Both the position numbers and the translations under genes were made by a program. This document shows positions 38,345-51,007 of a stretch of DNA of 64,000 bases, piece after piece. Under the pieces are notes generated by a model. It was given only the letters and a program-made list of their open reading frames with translations, did no database searches and was not told the origin of the DNA. How positions within the stretch are numbered: the stretch's first letter is position 1; the number at the start of each line of letters is the position of its first letter. Source of the stretch: Acidobacteriota bacterium (GTDB taxonomy: Bacteria > Acidobacteriota > Thermoanaerobaculia > Gp7-AA8); NCBI GenBank assembly GCA_019244185.1, contig JAFATB010000011.1:64504-128503 (forward strand). Reading direction: 5' to 3'.

Positions 38345-38404
38345 GCTATCTCTCCTTTTCTGCGGGAGAGATATTATGACGGAATGATGTCAGTGTCGAG
38401 AAAA

Positions 38405-38480
38405 TGGCTCCGGCAGTAGGACTCGAACCTACGACCCGCGGATTAACAGTCCGCTGCTCTACCAACTGAGCTATGCCGGA
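38405..38480 (-). tRNA. tRNA-Asn (GTT)
   Basis: Reverse complement TCCGGCA...TGCCGGA-G-CCA, anticodon arm GCGGA-CT-GTT-AA-TCCGC. Confidence 0.98.
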
Positions 38481-38504
38481 GTACTAACGCTCCGAAGGGG
38501 GCGG

Positions 38505-38533
38505 AAAATAGCACCGCGATACCCCCTCGTCAA
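38505..38533 (-). promoter_or_regulatory. Sigma70 promoter of tRNA-Asn
   Basis: Minus strand TTGACG-N17-TATTTT with an extended -10 TG. Confidence 0.6.
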
Positions 38534-38540
38534 GGTACGG

Positions 38541-38990
38541 TCAAGGTAAGCGGTCGGAGTAACCCGCGGCGCGGCGGATGGATTCCAGAAGGCGCGGCAG
38601 CAGTTCCTCCACGATCTCGTACGTCAGCAGCACGATCCCGGGATCGCCGGCAACCATGGCGCTGCAGCGCGTCGTGTGCGCGGGGCGGTACAGCGCGATC
38701 ACCGGAATGCCGCGCCGGTGGCGTGCGTAGGCGAGCTCGTAACCCACGCCGGTGGACGGCATCGATACCTCCGCAACGACGAGATCGGCGTCATCGAGCC
38801 AGCCGAGGTCGCGCGCGAAGATGAAGTCGGGCGTGAGCATCTCGCCGCCGGCGCCGACGTCTTCGGCCGCGACGGCGCCGGCCAGGACGCGGTGTCCCTC
38901 CGCTTCGAGCGCGGAAACGAGACGGCGATACAGCGCGACGTCGGCGCGGCCGCCGGAGATCGCACCGGAGAAGTAGATCGTCCGCAGCAT
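38541..38990 (-). CDS. Nucleoside 2-deoxyribosyltransferase family, DNPH1/Rcl-like nucleotide N-hydrolase
   Basis: IYFSGAISGGRAD, RDLGWL..AD.VVAEVS.PSTGVGYE, SAMVAG. Confidence 0.85.
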   Translation of the reverse strand: MLRTIYFSGAISGGRADVALYRRLVSALEAEGHRVLAGAVAAEDVGAGGEMLTPDFIFARDLGWLDDADLVVAEVSMPSTGVGYELAYARHRRGIPVIALYRPAHTTRCSAMVAGDPGIVLLTYEIVEELLPRLLESIRRAAGYSDRLP

Positions 38991-39035
38991 CGCGAGCGAA
39001 GTCTATCGCCGTCCGCCGGTTACAATGCGCGCCGC

Positions 39036-40535
39036 ATGTCCCGCGAGATCGTGATCAACGCGACGCGACACGAGTCGCGGATCGCCGTGCTCGACGAAGG
39101 CCAGGTCGTCGAACTGTGGGTCGAGCGCACCCGCCACCGCACGATCGTCGGGAACATCTACAAAGGGCGCGTGACGAAGGTGCTCCCGGGGATGCAGTCG
39201 GCGTTCGTCGACCTCGGGCTCGAGCGCGACGCTTTTCTCTACGTCTCCGACGTCATCGAAGATCTCGAAGAATACGAGAGCGAAACGCCGGACGAGTTGC
39301 ATCTCGACGACGTGCCGCAGCCGCACCGTACCGAGGCGTCGATCTCCGATCTGCTGCGCGAAGGACAGGAGATCGTGGTGCAGGTGTCGAAGGACACGAT
39401 CGCCGGCAAGGGCGCGCGCATCACGAGTCACATCACGTTGCCCGGCCGCTTCCTCGTGTACATGCCGACGGTGAATCACGTCGGCGTCTCGCGCCGCATC
39501 GAAGACGAAGAAGAGCGCGTGCGGCTCAAGGAGATCCTCGAGCGCATTCGTCCGCACGGCCACGGCGGCTTCATCGTCCGCACGGCGGGTGAAGGTCGCG
39601 GCGAGGAAGAGTTCCTCGCCGATCTGCGCTATCTCACGGAACTGTGGGAACAGATCCGCCGGCGCGCGGAGAAATCGTCGGCGCCGAATGCGATCCATCA
39701 CGATCTCGACCTCGTGCTGCGCACGATCCGCGACGTGCTCTCGCCGGAGTTCAAGAGCGTCTGGGTCGATTCCGTCGATCAGTACCAGCGCATCGTCGAG
39801 TTCCTCGACCAGATCCAGCCGCAGCTCGTCTCGCGCGTGCGCCTCTTCCGCCGCGAGGAGCCGATCTTCGACGAATTCGGCATCGAGCCGGAGATCGCGA
39901 AGGCGCTGAAGTCGAAGGTGTGGCTCAAGTCGGGCGGATACATCGTCATCAATCAGACCGAGGCGCTCGTCGCGATCGACGTGAACACGGGCAAATACGT
40001 CGGGCGCAAGAACCTCGAAGAGACGGTGTTCCGCACGAACATCGAGGCGGCGAAAGAGATCGTTCGCCAGATCCGTCTGCGCGACCTCGGCGGCATCATC
40101 GTCCTCGACTTCATCGACATGGAAGAGCCGGCGAACCGTCAGCGGCTCTTCGAGGCGCTGGAAAACGAGATCCGCAAAGACCGCTCGAAAACGAAGATCC
40201 TGCAGATCTCCGAGTTCGGCCTCATCGAGATGACGCGCAAGCGCGTGCGTCAGAGTCTCGAGCGTTCATTGACGCAGGCGTGTCCGTACTGCGGCGGCAG
40301 CGGACGGATCAAGTCGAACACGACGATCGCGCTGGAGGTGTGGCGCGAGCTCATGAAGCTGCGCGACTTCCACGAAGGGCAGGACGTCATCGTGCGCGTG
40401 AACCCGATCGTCTACGGCACGTTGCACGCCGGCGATCCGATCTTCGAGGAAGTGGAGCGGACGCTCGGCATTCATCTCGTCTTCAAGCCGGATGAATCGC
40501 TCCACCACGAGCAGTTCGACCTCATGCGGATGTAG
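39036..40535 (+). CDS. rng: Ribonuclease E/G family (RNase G length)
   Basis: GNIYKGRV..VLPGMQSAFVD, IDVNTG, RQIRLRDLGGIIVLDFIDM, CPYC. Confidence 0.95.
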   Translation: MSREIVINATRHESRIAVLDEGQVVELWVERTRHRTIVGNIYKGRVTKVLPGMQSAFVDLGLERDAFLYVSDVIEDLEEYESETPDELHLDDVPQPHRTEASISDLLREGQEIVVQVSKDTIAGKGARITSHITLPGRFLVYMPTVNHVGVSRRIEDEEERVRLKEILERIRPHGHGGFIVRTAGEGRGEEEFLADLRYLTELWEQIRRRAEKSSAPNAIHHDLDLVLRTIRDVLSPEFKSVWVDSVDQYQRIVEFLDQIQPQLVSRVRLFRREEPIFDEFGIEPEIAKALKSKVWLKSGGYIVINQTEALVAIDVNTGKYVGRKNLEETVFRTNIEAAKEIVRQIRLRDLGGIIVLDFIDMEEPANRQRLFEALENEIRKDRSKTKILQISEFGLIEMTRKRVRQSLERSLTQACPYCGGSGRIKSNTTIALEVWRELMKLRDFHEGQDVIVRVNPIVYGTLHAGDPIFEEVERTLGIHLVFKPDESLHHEQFDLMRM

Positions 40536-40593
40536 CCGCCGCCGGTCACGGCACGTCGCTTGCTCTAATCCCGGGTCCGGAGTTGTCGAACCT

Positions 40594-40881
40594 TTGGAAG
40601 AGACGTTTACCAATCTCGCAGCTTTCCTGAACAGTCTGGATGCGGAAGGGGAGCAGAAGTTCGAGCTCTCGCACTCGCTGGTCATCATCTGCCCGGACTG
40701 CGGAAAGAACATCGCCTTTCGCGGACGTTGCCCGAAGTGCGCGGGCAACAGCTGGATTCCGGCCGGTCACGCCGGCGGCATCTTCGAGCGGATGAAAGCG
40801 CAGCGGCTGCGGAAGATGATCGCCAGCCCCGACGACACCGCGTCGCTGAAGGCGGCGCCGGAGCCGGACGACTCGAATTAA
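40594..40881 (+). CDS. Small zinc-ribbon protein (start uncertain)
   Basis: CPDCG-x7-CPKC; TTG start after GGAG. Confidence 0.6.
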   Translation: MEETFTNLAAFLNSLDAEGEQKFELSHSLVIICPDCGKNIAFRGRCPKCAGNSWIPAGHAGGIFERMKAQRLRKMIASPDDTASLKAAPEPDDSN

Positions 40882-41162
40882 GAGTCGAGCCCCTCGCGCA
40901 GATACTCTTCCTCGACGAGCTTGCCGAACAACGCGTCCCATTCGGCAGTGCCGCGTTTCGGCGCGTTGCGCATCGCCGCGATGCGGCGGCGCGCGTTGTC
41001 CTGACGCTCCTGTTCGCGGCGCAGCTCGTCGGTGAGCGCCTGCGCCATCGCCTGGCGCACCACCTCGCGGTCTTTCAGCAGGATGACCGCGCGCGAGCGC
41101 GCGAGCACGTCGACGAGCTCTCGTGAGAGATGCTCGAGCCGCTCGCGGGACGGGCGCGCCAT
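40878..41162 (-). CDS. DUF507-like protein
   Basis: SRERLEHLS...GTAEWDALFGKLVEEE, downstream of gyrA. Confidence 0.75.
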   Translation of the reverse strand: MARPSRERLEHLSRELVDVLARSRAVILLKDREVVRQAMAQALTDELRREQERQDNARRRIAAMRNAPKRGTAEWDALFGKLVEEEYLREGLDS

Positions 41163-41187
41163 ACGCGAATTGTACGGTTTCGCGCCG

Positions 41188-43881
41188 TCAGTGGACCGGT
41201 TCTTCGCTCGGCGGTTCGTCGTCGGCTTTGCCTGTCGTTCCGTCCGTTGCTGCTTCAGAGCTGCCGTTTTCATCCGGCTCCGGGGTCTCCTTGTCGTCGT
41301 CGCGCTCGACCAGTTTGACGGCGCCGACCACGACATCGTTCTCATCGATGTGAATGATGCGCACGCCCTGCGTCTTGCGGGCGGCGATGCGGATGCTGGC
41401 GACGTCGGTGCGGATCATCATTCCCTGTTCGGTGATGAGCAGCACCTGTTCGTCGTCGCCCACGTGCGCGATGCCGGCGACTTTGCCGTTCTTGTCGGTC
41501 ACCTTCATGTTCGCGATGCCGAAGCCGCCGCGGCGCGTCAGGCGATACGCCGAGACCGGCGTGCGCTTGCCGAAGCCTTTCTCCGTGATCGTGAGGATGT
41601 AGCCGCGATCGTCGGCCGGCAGCGTCGCTTCGTCTTCGGCATCGCCGTCCGGCGTTTCCTCGGCGACGAGCTCCTGCTCCACCGCGACCTCTTCGGTGGC
41701 CGCCTCGTCTTCGCTGCCTTCGACGACCGGCGCTGCATCCGCCGATCCCGGCAGCACGTCCATCTCCACGACGTAGTCATCACCGCGCAGCGCGATCGCT
41801 TTCACGCCGGCGGCGCCGCGTCCCATCGGACGCACGCCCGACTCGTGGAAGCGGATGGCGTTGCCTTCGTGCGTGCCGACGAAGATCTCGCAGTTGCCGT
41901 TCGAGAGGCCGACGCTGTGCAGGTCGTCCTCTTCGCCGATGTCGATGGCGATGATGCCGGTAGCGCGCACGTTGGAGAACGCGGCGAGCTCGGTCTTCTT
42001 GATCTTGCCGCCGCGCGTCGCCATGACGACGTACTTGCCCTCGGTGAAGTCGCGCGAGGTGAGCAGCGCGCGGACGTTCTCGTTTGCTTCGAGCGGCAAG
42101 AGGTTCACGATCGCTTTGCCGCGCGCATTCGCCGCGACTTCCGGCACCGCGTACACCTTCAGCCAATACATGCGGCCGCGGTCCGTGAACACGAGCACGT
42201 ACGCGTGCGTCGACGCCACGAAGAGATGCTCGACGATGTCCTCTTCCTTCGTCTGCATCCCGATGCGGCCTTTGCCGCCGCGCCGCTGCGCGCGATAGAG
42301 CGACAGCGGCGAGCGCTTGATGTAGCCGCCGCGCGAGACGGTGATGACCATGTCCTCGTCCGCGACGAGGTCCTCGATCGAGATCTCCGACGTGTCCGGC
42401 ACGATCTCGGTGCGGCGCGCGTCGCCGTACGCTTCTTTGATCTCGCGCAGCTCTCGCGCGATGATCTCGAGCACGAGCCGCTCGGATGCGAGGATCGCGC
42501 GCAGGCGCTCGATCGTGGCGAGGATCTCGTGGTACTCCGCGATGAGCTTCTCGCGCTCGAGTCCCGTGAGGCGCTGCAGGCGCATGTCGAGAATCGCCTG
42601 CGCCTGGATCTCGCTGAACTGCCACCGCGCGATGAGACCGTCCTTCGCTTCCTGCGGCGTGCGGCTGCCGCGGATGAGCGCGATGAGCTCGTCCAGCACG
42701 TCGAGCGCTTTGACGAGACCTTCGAGGACGTGCGCGCGCTCTTCTGCTTTCCGCAGTTCGAAGCGCGTGCGGCGCACCACGATCTCTTTGCGGTGATCGA
42801 TGAAGTGCCGCAGCATCGTGCCGAGGTCCATGACCTCGGGTTTGTTGTTCACGATGGCCAGGAAGATGATGCCAAACGTCGTCTGCATCTGCGTGTTGCG
42901 ATACAGGTGGTTCAGCACGATCTCCGCGATCGCGTCGCGCTTCAGCTCCACGACGATGCGGATGCCTTCGCGATCCGATTCGTCGCGCAGGTCGGAGATG
43001 CCTTCGATGCGCTTGTCGCGCACCAGCTCCGCGATCTTCTCGATGAGGCGCGCCTTGTTCGTCATGTACGGAATCTCCGTCACGACGATCTGCTGCTTTT
43101 CGCTTTTCTTCTGCGTCTCGATGATCGCTTTCGCGCGCACCTGAATGATGCCGCGGCCGGTATCGTACGCCTGCCGGATTCCCTCGACGCCGTGGATGTA
43201 GCCGGCGGTCGGAAAATCAGGTCCGGGGACGACCGTCATCAGCTCCTTGATCGTCGCGCCGGGATGCTCGATGAGCATGAGGCACGCGTCGATGATCTCG
43301 CCGAGGTTGTGCGGCGGGATGTTCGTGGCCATGCCGACGGCGATGCCGGAGCTGCCGTTGACGAGGAGGTTCGGGAACTTCGCCGGCAGCACCGACGGCT
43401 CGGAGAGCGAGCCGTCGTAGTTCGGCACCCAGTCGATCGTCTCTTTGTCGATGTCGTCGCGCATCAGCTCTTCGGCGAGGCGCGTGAGACGCACTTCGGT
43501 GTAGCGCATGGCCGCGGGGTTGTCGCCGTCGAGCGAGCCGAAGTTGCCCTGGCCGTCGACGAGGCGGTAGCGCATCGAGAAGTCCTGCGCCATGCGCACG
43601 ACCGTGTCGTAGATCGCCGAGTCGCCGTGCGGGTGGAACTTGCCCATCACGTCGCCGACGATGCGCGCGCTTTTCTTGTACGCCTTGCCCGCGGTGTTCC
43701 CCTGCTCGTACATGCCGTAGAGGATGCGGCGGTGGACGGGCTTGAGGCCGTCGCGGACGTCGGGCAGCGCGCGCCCGATGATGACCGACATCGCGTAGTC
43801 GAGATACGACCGGCGCATCTCGTCTTCGATGTTGACCGGGAACCGCTGCTCGTTCGAATTCGGATAATCCGTTTCAGCCAT
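41188..43881 (-). CDS. gyrA: DNA gyrase subunit A
   Basis: [26 protein letters not shown], GyrA box QRRGGKG. Confidence 0.99.
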   Translation of the reverse strand: MAETDYPNSNEQRFPVNIEDEMRRSYLDYAMSVIIGRALPDVRDGLKPVHRRILYGMYEQGNTAGKAYKKSARIVGDVMGKFHPHGDSAIYDTVVRMAQDFSMRYRLVDGQGNFGSLDGDNPAAMRYTEVRLTRLAEELMRDDIDKETIDWVPNYDGSLSEPSVLPAKFPNLLVNGSSGIAVGMATNIPPHNLGEIIDACLMLIEHPGATIKELMTVVPGPDFPTAGYIHGVEGIRQAYDTGRGIIQVRAKAIIETQKKSEKQQIVVTEIPYMTNKARLIEKIAELVRDKRIEGISDLRDESDREGIRIVVELKRDAIAEIVLNHLYRNTQMQTTFGIIFLAIVNNKPEVMDLGTMLRHFIDHRKEIVVRRTRFELRKAEERAHVLEGLVKALDVLDELIALIRGSRTPQEAKDGLIARWQFSEIQAQAILDMRLQRLTGLEREKLIAEYHEILATIERLRAILASERLVLEIIARELREIKEAYGDARRTEIVPDTSEISIEDLVADEDMVITVSRGGYIKRSPLSLYRAQRRGGKGRIGMQTKEEDIVEHLFVASTHAYVLVFTDRGRMYWLKVYAVPEVAANARGKAIVNLLPLEANENVRALLTSRDFTEGKYVVMATRGGKIKKTELAAFSNVRATGIIAIDIGEEDDLHSVGLSNGNCEIFVGTHEGNAIRFHESGVRPMGRGAAGVKAIALRGDDYVVEMDVLPGSADAAPVVEGSEDEAATEEVAVEQELVAEETPDGDAEDEATLPADDRGYILTITEKGFGKRTPVSAYRLTRRGGFGIANMKVTDKNGKVAGIAHVGDDEQVLLITEQGMMIRTDVASIRIAARKTQGVRIIHIDENDVVVGAVKLVERDDDKETPEPDENGSSEAATDGTTGKADDEPPSEEPVH

Positions 43882-43941
43882 GCTTTATCGCGTCTGATTC
43901 CGCTTGCGTTTCGTACGCTTTCCGTTCGCTTTGCGTACTGA

Positions 43942-46425
<2,484 letters not shown>

Positions 46426-46436
46426 TTATTGCCTTC

Positions 46437-47522
46437 TCAGGCGAAATCCCGCACTGCCGTAACTCGTCCGTTTTCAACGTTTAAACGCCGATGCGGACCG
46501 GCCTGTAATGCCTGCAGAAAGACCTCTTTCGCGGAGGTGGCAAAGACCTGCGTCGAAACCGGCAGATTGGAGAGCAAATCCTGCAGGATTTCGAGGTCGA
46601 GCTCGGCATCGACGTCGTCGAGCAAAAACAGCGGCGCGTCGTCGTGGCGGCGCCGAAACAGCTCGAGCTTCGCGAACTTCAAAAACAACACGATCATCTT
46701 CTGCTCGCCGCCCGACAACACCTCGGACGCCGGACGGCCGTCGACGAGGAACTCGAGAAGATCGCGTTGCGGCCCATGCAACGTCGTACGGGCGCGGATC
46801 TCGTCGCGCCGATGTTTCGCGAGCTCCGCCGTCTCGCTCGGGCGATAGATCATCGCGACGTTCGACACGTGATAGCCGTGACGCTGCACGATCTCCGCGA
46901 AGACGTTCGCGAGATCGGCGACGTACGCGGCGCGAGCGCGATGCACCACCGCCGCCGCGACCATCAACTCGTTGTCCCACGCGTCGAGCGATGCAGCGGC
47001 TTGACGATGCTGCGCGATCTCCGCGAGCAACGCATTGCGCTGCCGCAACACGCGCGTATAGCGAGTCAGTTGTTCGAGATATGCGGGGTTGATGCTGGCG
47101 ATGCCGCGGTCGAGAAAACGGCGCCGCTCTTCCGGCGCGCCGCGCATGATCTCGAGTCGCGACGCCGAGTACGCGAAGACGCTCAGCGCGTTGAGATACG
47201 ACGGCAGCGTGACTTTCTCGCCGTTGATCATCAGCACGCGCCGCTTCGCTTCGCCCGTTTCGAGCCCGACCGAAAGCGTCTTGTCGACGGCGTCGCGATG
47301 TACGACCCCGCTCACGAAAACATCGTTTTGCGTGAAGCGGAAAAGGCTGGCGACGCGCGCGGTGCGGAACGACTTCGTCGTCGCGAGAAAGTAGATCGCC
47401 TCGAGGACGTTCGTCTTCCCCTGGCCGTTGCGGCCGACGAAGATGTTCGCCTGCGGATGAAACGCCGTCTCGGCTTCTTCGAGATTGCGAAAGTTGCGGG
47501 TCGTGAGGCCGCGGAGGATCAA
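46437..47522 (-). CDS. recF: DNA replication/repair protein RecF
   Basis: NFRNL, GRNGQGKTN, RRRFLD, GPQRD, SGGEQK, LLDDVDAELD. Confidence 0.96.
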   Translation of the reverse strand: MILRGLTTRNFRNLEEAETAFHPQANIFVGRNGQGKTNVLEAIYFLATTKSFRTARVASLFRFTQNDVFVSGVVHRDAVDKTLSVGLETGEAKRRVLMINGEKVTLPSYLNALSVFAYSASRLEIMRGAPEERRRFLDRGIASINPAYLEQLTRYTRVLRQRNALLAEIAQHRQAAASLDAWDNELMVAAAVVHRARAAYVADLANVFAEIVQRHGYHVSNVAMIYRPSETAELAKHRRDEIRARTTLHGPQRDLLEFLVDGRPASEVLSGGEQKMIVLFLKFAKLELFRRRHDDAPLFLLDDVDAELDLEILQDLLSNLPVSTQVFATSAKEVFLQALQAGPHRRLNVENGRVTAVRDFA

Positions 47523-48655
47523 GCCAGCCGCATCGGCATCACGACGTACAGGTAATCGTACGGAAGGTCCTCACCCGTCGACGCCGGCTTGCCGATGCAC
47601 TGGCTGTTCTCGTCTTTGAGATCGAGCGAGACGCTCGGCGTGTCGGTCGCGGAGAGAAAATCCATCACGTACGCCGCATTGAGCCCGACAAAGAACGGCT
47701 GTCCCGCGTAGTCGATGGGCACGGTCTCGCGCGCGTCGCCGAGCTCGGGATTCGTCGACGACACCGTGAGTTTGCCCGGCGCGAAATCGAAACGCACGGC
47801 GCGCGTGCGCTCGTTGGCGACGAGCGAAATGCGCTTGATCGTCGACAGCAGACGTTCGCGATCGACCATGACATGACGGTCGTTGTCGCGCGAGATCACT
47901 TCCATGTAGTTGGGGAAGTTGACGTCGATCATGCGCGCGAGGAGGCGGCGATCGCCTGCTTCGAAGAAGAGCTGGTTGTCGGAGACGCCGAAGCGCACCG
48001 CATCTTCCGACGCATCGGCTTCGAGCCGCAGGATCTCATCGAGCGCTTTGCGCGGGATGAGAATCGTGAGGTCCGATCCCTTTTTGCCTTTGCCACCCGT
48101 GATCGACGCGGGAAAGTTGATGAGCGCCATGCGATGGCCGTCGGTGGCGACCATCTCCATTTTGTTCGGCTGCACCTTGAGCAGCGCGCCGTTGAGTTGG
48201 AAGCGCGTCTCCTCGTGCGTGATCGCGAACTTCACTTTCGCGACCATCGTCTTGAGCTCGCCGAGCGGGATGCTGAACCCTTCGGCGACGTTGACGGTCG
48301 GCAGCGTCGGGTAATCCTCGGCCGGCAAACCGAGGAGACGAAACTTCGCGGTGCCCGACTCGACGGCGACGGAGTTGTTGTCCTGCAGCGTGATGTGTAC
48401 GTCGTCGTCGGGAAGCGAGCGGACGATGTCGAAGAGGCGCTTCGCTTCGATCGTGACGCCGCCGGGCGTGGTGATCCGCGCGGCGCAGGAACTGAGAATC
48501 GTGACGTCGAGATCCGTGGCGGCGATCTGCAGACGTCCGTCCGCGGCCTTCAGCAGAACGTTCGACAGGATCGGAATCGTCGAACGTTTCTCGACGACCC
48601 CCTGGCAAAGCTGGAGTTCTTTCTGAAGATCCGCTTTTCCGACGGTCAGCTCCAT
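47519..48655 (-). CDS. dnaN: DNA polymerase III beta clamp
   Basis: TIPILSNVL, ATDLD, VATDGHRMA, FPNY, VVMPMR. Confidence 0.98.
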   Translation of the reverse strand: MELTVGKADLQKELQLCQGVVEKRSTIPILSNVLLKAADGRLQIAATDLDVTILSSCAARITTPGGVTIEAKRLFDIVRSLPDDDVHITLQDNNSVAVESGTAKFRLLGLPAEDYPTLPTVNVAEGFSIPLGELKTMVAKVKFAITHEETRFQLNGALLKVQPNKMEMVATDGHRMALINFPASITGGKGKKGSDLTILIPRKALDEILRLEADASEDAVRFGVSDNQLFFEAGDRRLLARMIDVNFPNYMEVISRDNDRHVMVDRERLLSTIKRISLVANERTRAVRFDFAPGKLTVSSTNPELGDARETVPIDYAGQPFFVGLNAAYVMDFLSATDTPSVSLDLKDENSQCIGKPASTGEDLPYDYLYVVMPMRLA

Positions 48656-48659
48656 GTGG

Positions 48660-48902
48660 TCTCTTCCTTCAAGACAAGTCTTTTTCTCTTGTAGAGGTAG
48701 TAGTAGGCGGTGTGGATATCGTGGTCGGAGGACGCAAAGCCTTCAAAAGTATAGCAGTCTTCAGCGTTCCGACCTGTGAGTCCGGCTGCGGGGAAACACC
48801 GGAAAATCGGGGCGTTTTCCGCAGAGGTCCGCGTGTCGCGAGCGAGGGTCGAATCCGTCCACATCTTTTCCGGGCTGCTTTCCGCAGGCGTTGCGGATTC
48901 CG
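48660..48902. other. oriC: oriC unwinding region between dnaA and dnaN (DnaA-trios plus DnaA boxes)
   Basis: TAG-AGG-TAG-TAG-TAG (48692-48706), GC spacer, TGTGGATAT (48711-48719); further box-like 9-mers at 48815, 48855, 48878 and 48892; T-rich flank. Confidence 0.85.
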
Positions 48903-50204
48903 TCATCGGAACTGCTTCGACAACGTCTCGACCGTGCGCGCGAACTGCTGATCGTTGTCCATCTTCTTTTTGATCTGCTGCACGGAGTACATCACGGTCG
49001 AGTGGTGCTTGTCGGCGAAGAGCTTGCCGATCTCGGGATAGGAGAGGTCCGTCAGTTCCTTGCAGAGGTACATCGCGACCTGACGAGGAAACGCGATCGT
49101 CTGCGCGTTGCTCTTCTGCTTGATGTCGGAGACTTTGAGGCCGTAGTGCGTGGCGACGACGCGCAGGATCTCGGTCGGCGTGATCGGCTTGTCTTCCTTC
49201 GAGAGGCTGTCCTTCAGGGCTTCCTTCACGACATCAATGGTGATCGCGCGTCCGACCATCGAAGCGAAGGCGATGATCTTGTTGAGGTGTCCTTCGAGCT
49301 CGCGGATATTGGAGCGAACGCGTTCGGCGACGAAGATCGCCACCTCCTGCGGAACCTCCACGCCTTTTTCCTCCGCCTTCTTGCGCAGGATGGCGACCTT
49401 GGTCTCGAGATCGGGCGGCTGAATGTCGGCCGTGAGCCCCCATTCGAAACGCGAGCGCAGCCGCTCCTCGAGGGTCGGGATCTCTTTCGGCGGACGGTCT
49501 GAAGTGAAGATGATCTGTTTTTGCGATTCGTACAGGGCGTTGAACGTGTGGAAGAACTCTTCCTGCGTGCGTTCTTTGCCGCCGATGAACTGGATGTCGT
49601 CGAGAAGGAGCGCGTCGACGGAACGGTAGCGGTCGCGAAACGACTGCATCCGGTCGTAGCGGATTGAGGTGATGAGCTCGGTCACGAACGACTCGGCCGA
49701 CATGTAAGCGACCTTGAGCTTCGGCCGCATCTCGCGCACCTGCTGGCCGATGGCCTGGATGAGATGCGTTTTGCCGAGGCCGGCGCCGCCGTAGATGAAG
49801 AGCGGATTGAACGAACCGCTGGGATTCTCGGCGATCGACTTCGACGCGGCGTACGCGAGCTGGTTCGAGTTGCCGACGACGAACGTCTCGAAGCGGTAGC
49901 GCGGACTGAAGACCGCGTTGGGGAGCTCGTCCTTGGGAGGCGCGATGGCGAACGGGATGTCGTCACCGCTGCCTTCGACGACGAAGTGGATCTGGATCCG
50001 CTCGGGAGTGATCTCGTTCAGAAAGCCGCGGATACGGGCGCCAAAGCGTTCGCGGATCTCATCGACATAGCGTTGCGTCGGCACCGCGAGCTCGATCGTG
50101 TCGCCCTTTTGGCCAAGGAAGCGCGTCGGAGCGAGCCACGTGTCATACTCCGCTCTGTCAACGACTTGCTCGATACGCGCGAGGACTTCGCTCCATGTGC
50201 TCAT
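48903..50204 (-). CDS. dnaA: Chromosomal replication initiator DnaA
   Basis: FETFVVGNSN, NPLFIYGGAGLGKTHL, DDIQF, QEEFFHTFN, RLRSRFEWGL, PRQVAMYL. Confidence 0.99.
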   Translation of the reverse strand: MSTWSEVLARIEQVVDRAEYDTWLAPTRFLGQKGDTIELAVPTQRYVDEIRERFGARIRGFLNEITPERIQIHFVVEGSGDDIPFAIAPPKDELPNAVFSPRYRFETFVVGNSNQLAYAASKSIAENPSGSFNPLFIYGGAGLGKTHLIQAIGQQVREMRPKLKVAYMSAESFVTELITSIRYDRMQSFRDRYRSVDALLLDDIQFIGGKERTQEEFFHTFNALYESQKQIIFTSDRPPKEIPTLEERLRSRFEWGLTADIQPPDLETKVAILRKKAEEKGVEVPQEVAIFVAERVRSNIRELEGHLNKIIAFASMVGRAITIDVVKEALKDSLSKEDKPITPTEILRVVATHYGLKVSDIKQKSNAQTIAFPRQVAMYLCKELTDLSYPEIGKLFADKHHSTVMYSVQQIKKKMDNDQQFARTVETLSKQFR

Positions 50205-50233
50205 CGGGGGACCGGGACGCCGCATCTCATTGA

Positions 50234-50264
50234 GAATCCACAGGTTTTCCGCAATTGTGGAAAT
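50234..50264. promoter_or_regulatory. DnaA-box cluster upstream of dnaA
   Basis: GAATCCACA (50234), TTTTCCGCA (50245), TGTGGAAAT (50256). Confidence 0.7.
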
Positions 50265-50407
50265 TCCTGGAGCTGCGGCGGGCGAGCGAGCATAGCACAG
50301 GGGTAGGGGGTGCGAAAGGGTCAAAATGCGCGCCCGGAACGCCGTGGAATAAGGCCATTCGAAGGAGGCGTTTGCGCGCTCGGCCTGCGGACTCCGGAGG
50401 GCGCTCG

Positions 50408-50436
50408 TTGACCGCCGCAGTCGCGCCGTCTATACT
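50408..50436 (+). promoter_or_regulatory. Sigma70 promoter of the rpmH operon
   Basis: TTGACC-N17-TATACT. Confidence 0.75.
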
Positions 50437-50465
50437 CACCGCTTTCATTTTCAGAGGGTTAGCAA

Positions 50466-50606
50466 ATGGCATCGAAGCGTACCTATCAGCCGAACAACCG
50501 CCGTCGCAAGCGCACGCACGGCTTCCTCGTCCGGATGCGGACGAAGGACGGACAGGCCGTCCTCTCGCGCCGTCGCCGCAAGGGCCGCAAGCGTCTCGCT
50601 GTCTAG
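50466..50606 (+). CDS. rpmH: 50S ribosomal protein L34 (not in the ORF track)
   Basis: Manual translation [46 protein letters not shown]. Confidence 0.98.
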   Translation: MASKRTYQPNNRRRKRTHGFLVRMRTKDGQAVLSRRRRKGRKRLAV

Positions 50607-50626
50607 CGGACGCTCGCGGTGCTCCG

Positions 50627-51007
50627 GTGGAACGCCTTCGGTCCGAGGCTCTGCCGAAAACGAAGAGGCTGGCGAAACGCCGCGAGTTTCTTCGGGTCTA
50701 TGAAACGGGCCACAAGCAGTTTTCCCGCTACACGGTCCTCTTCGTCGCTGCCAACGGACTCGCCCATTCGCGACTCGGCATCACGGCGACGAAGAAGCTC
50801 GGAAAGGCCAACGTTCGCAACCGTCTGAAGCGCTGGACGCGCGAGATCTACCGGCGGAACCGCGAGCCGCTCGGCCTCGACGCTCTCGCGCTCGACATCG
50901 TCGTCAATGTCAAGCCGAATGCCGCGCAGACCTCGTTCCAGGAATTCAGCCGCGACCTCGGCCGCGGGCTGGAACGCATGCTGACCGCAACGGCCGCGCG
51001 ATCATGA
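50627..51007 (+). CDS. rnpA: Ribonuclease P protein component
   Basis: [33 protein letters not shown]. Confidence 0.96.
   Translation: MERLRSEALPKTKRLAKRREFLRVYETGHKQFSRYTVLFVAANGLAHSRLGITATKKLGKANVRNRLKRWTREIYRRNREPLGLDALALDIVVNVKPNAAQTSFQEFSRDLGRGLERMLTATAARS

Noticed and set aside
37255-38405. Prophage or integrative element at tRNA-Asn or the tRNA-Ser genes
   Set aside because: No integrase and no duplicated tRNA 3' end found.
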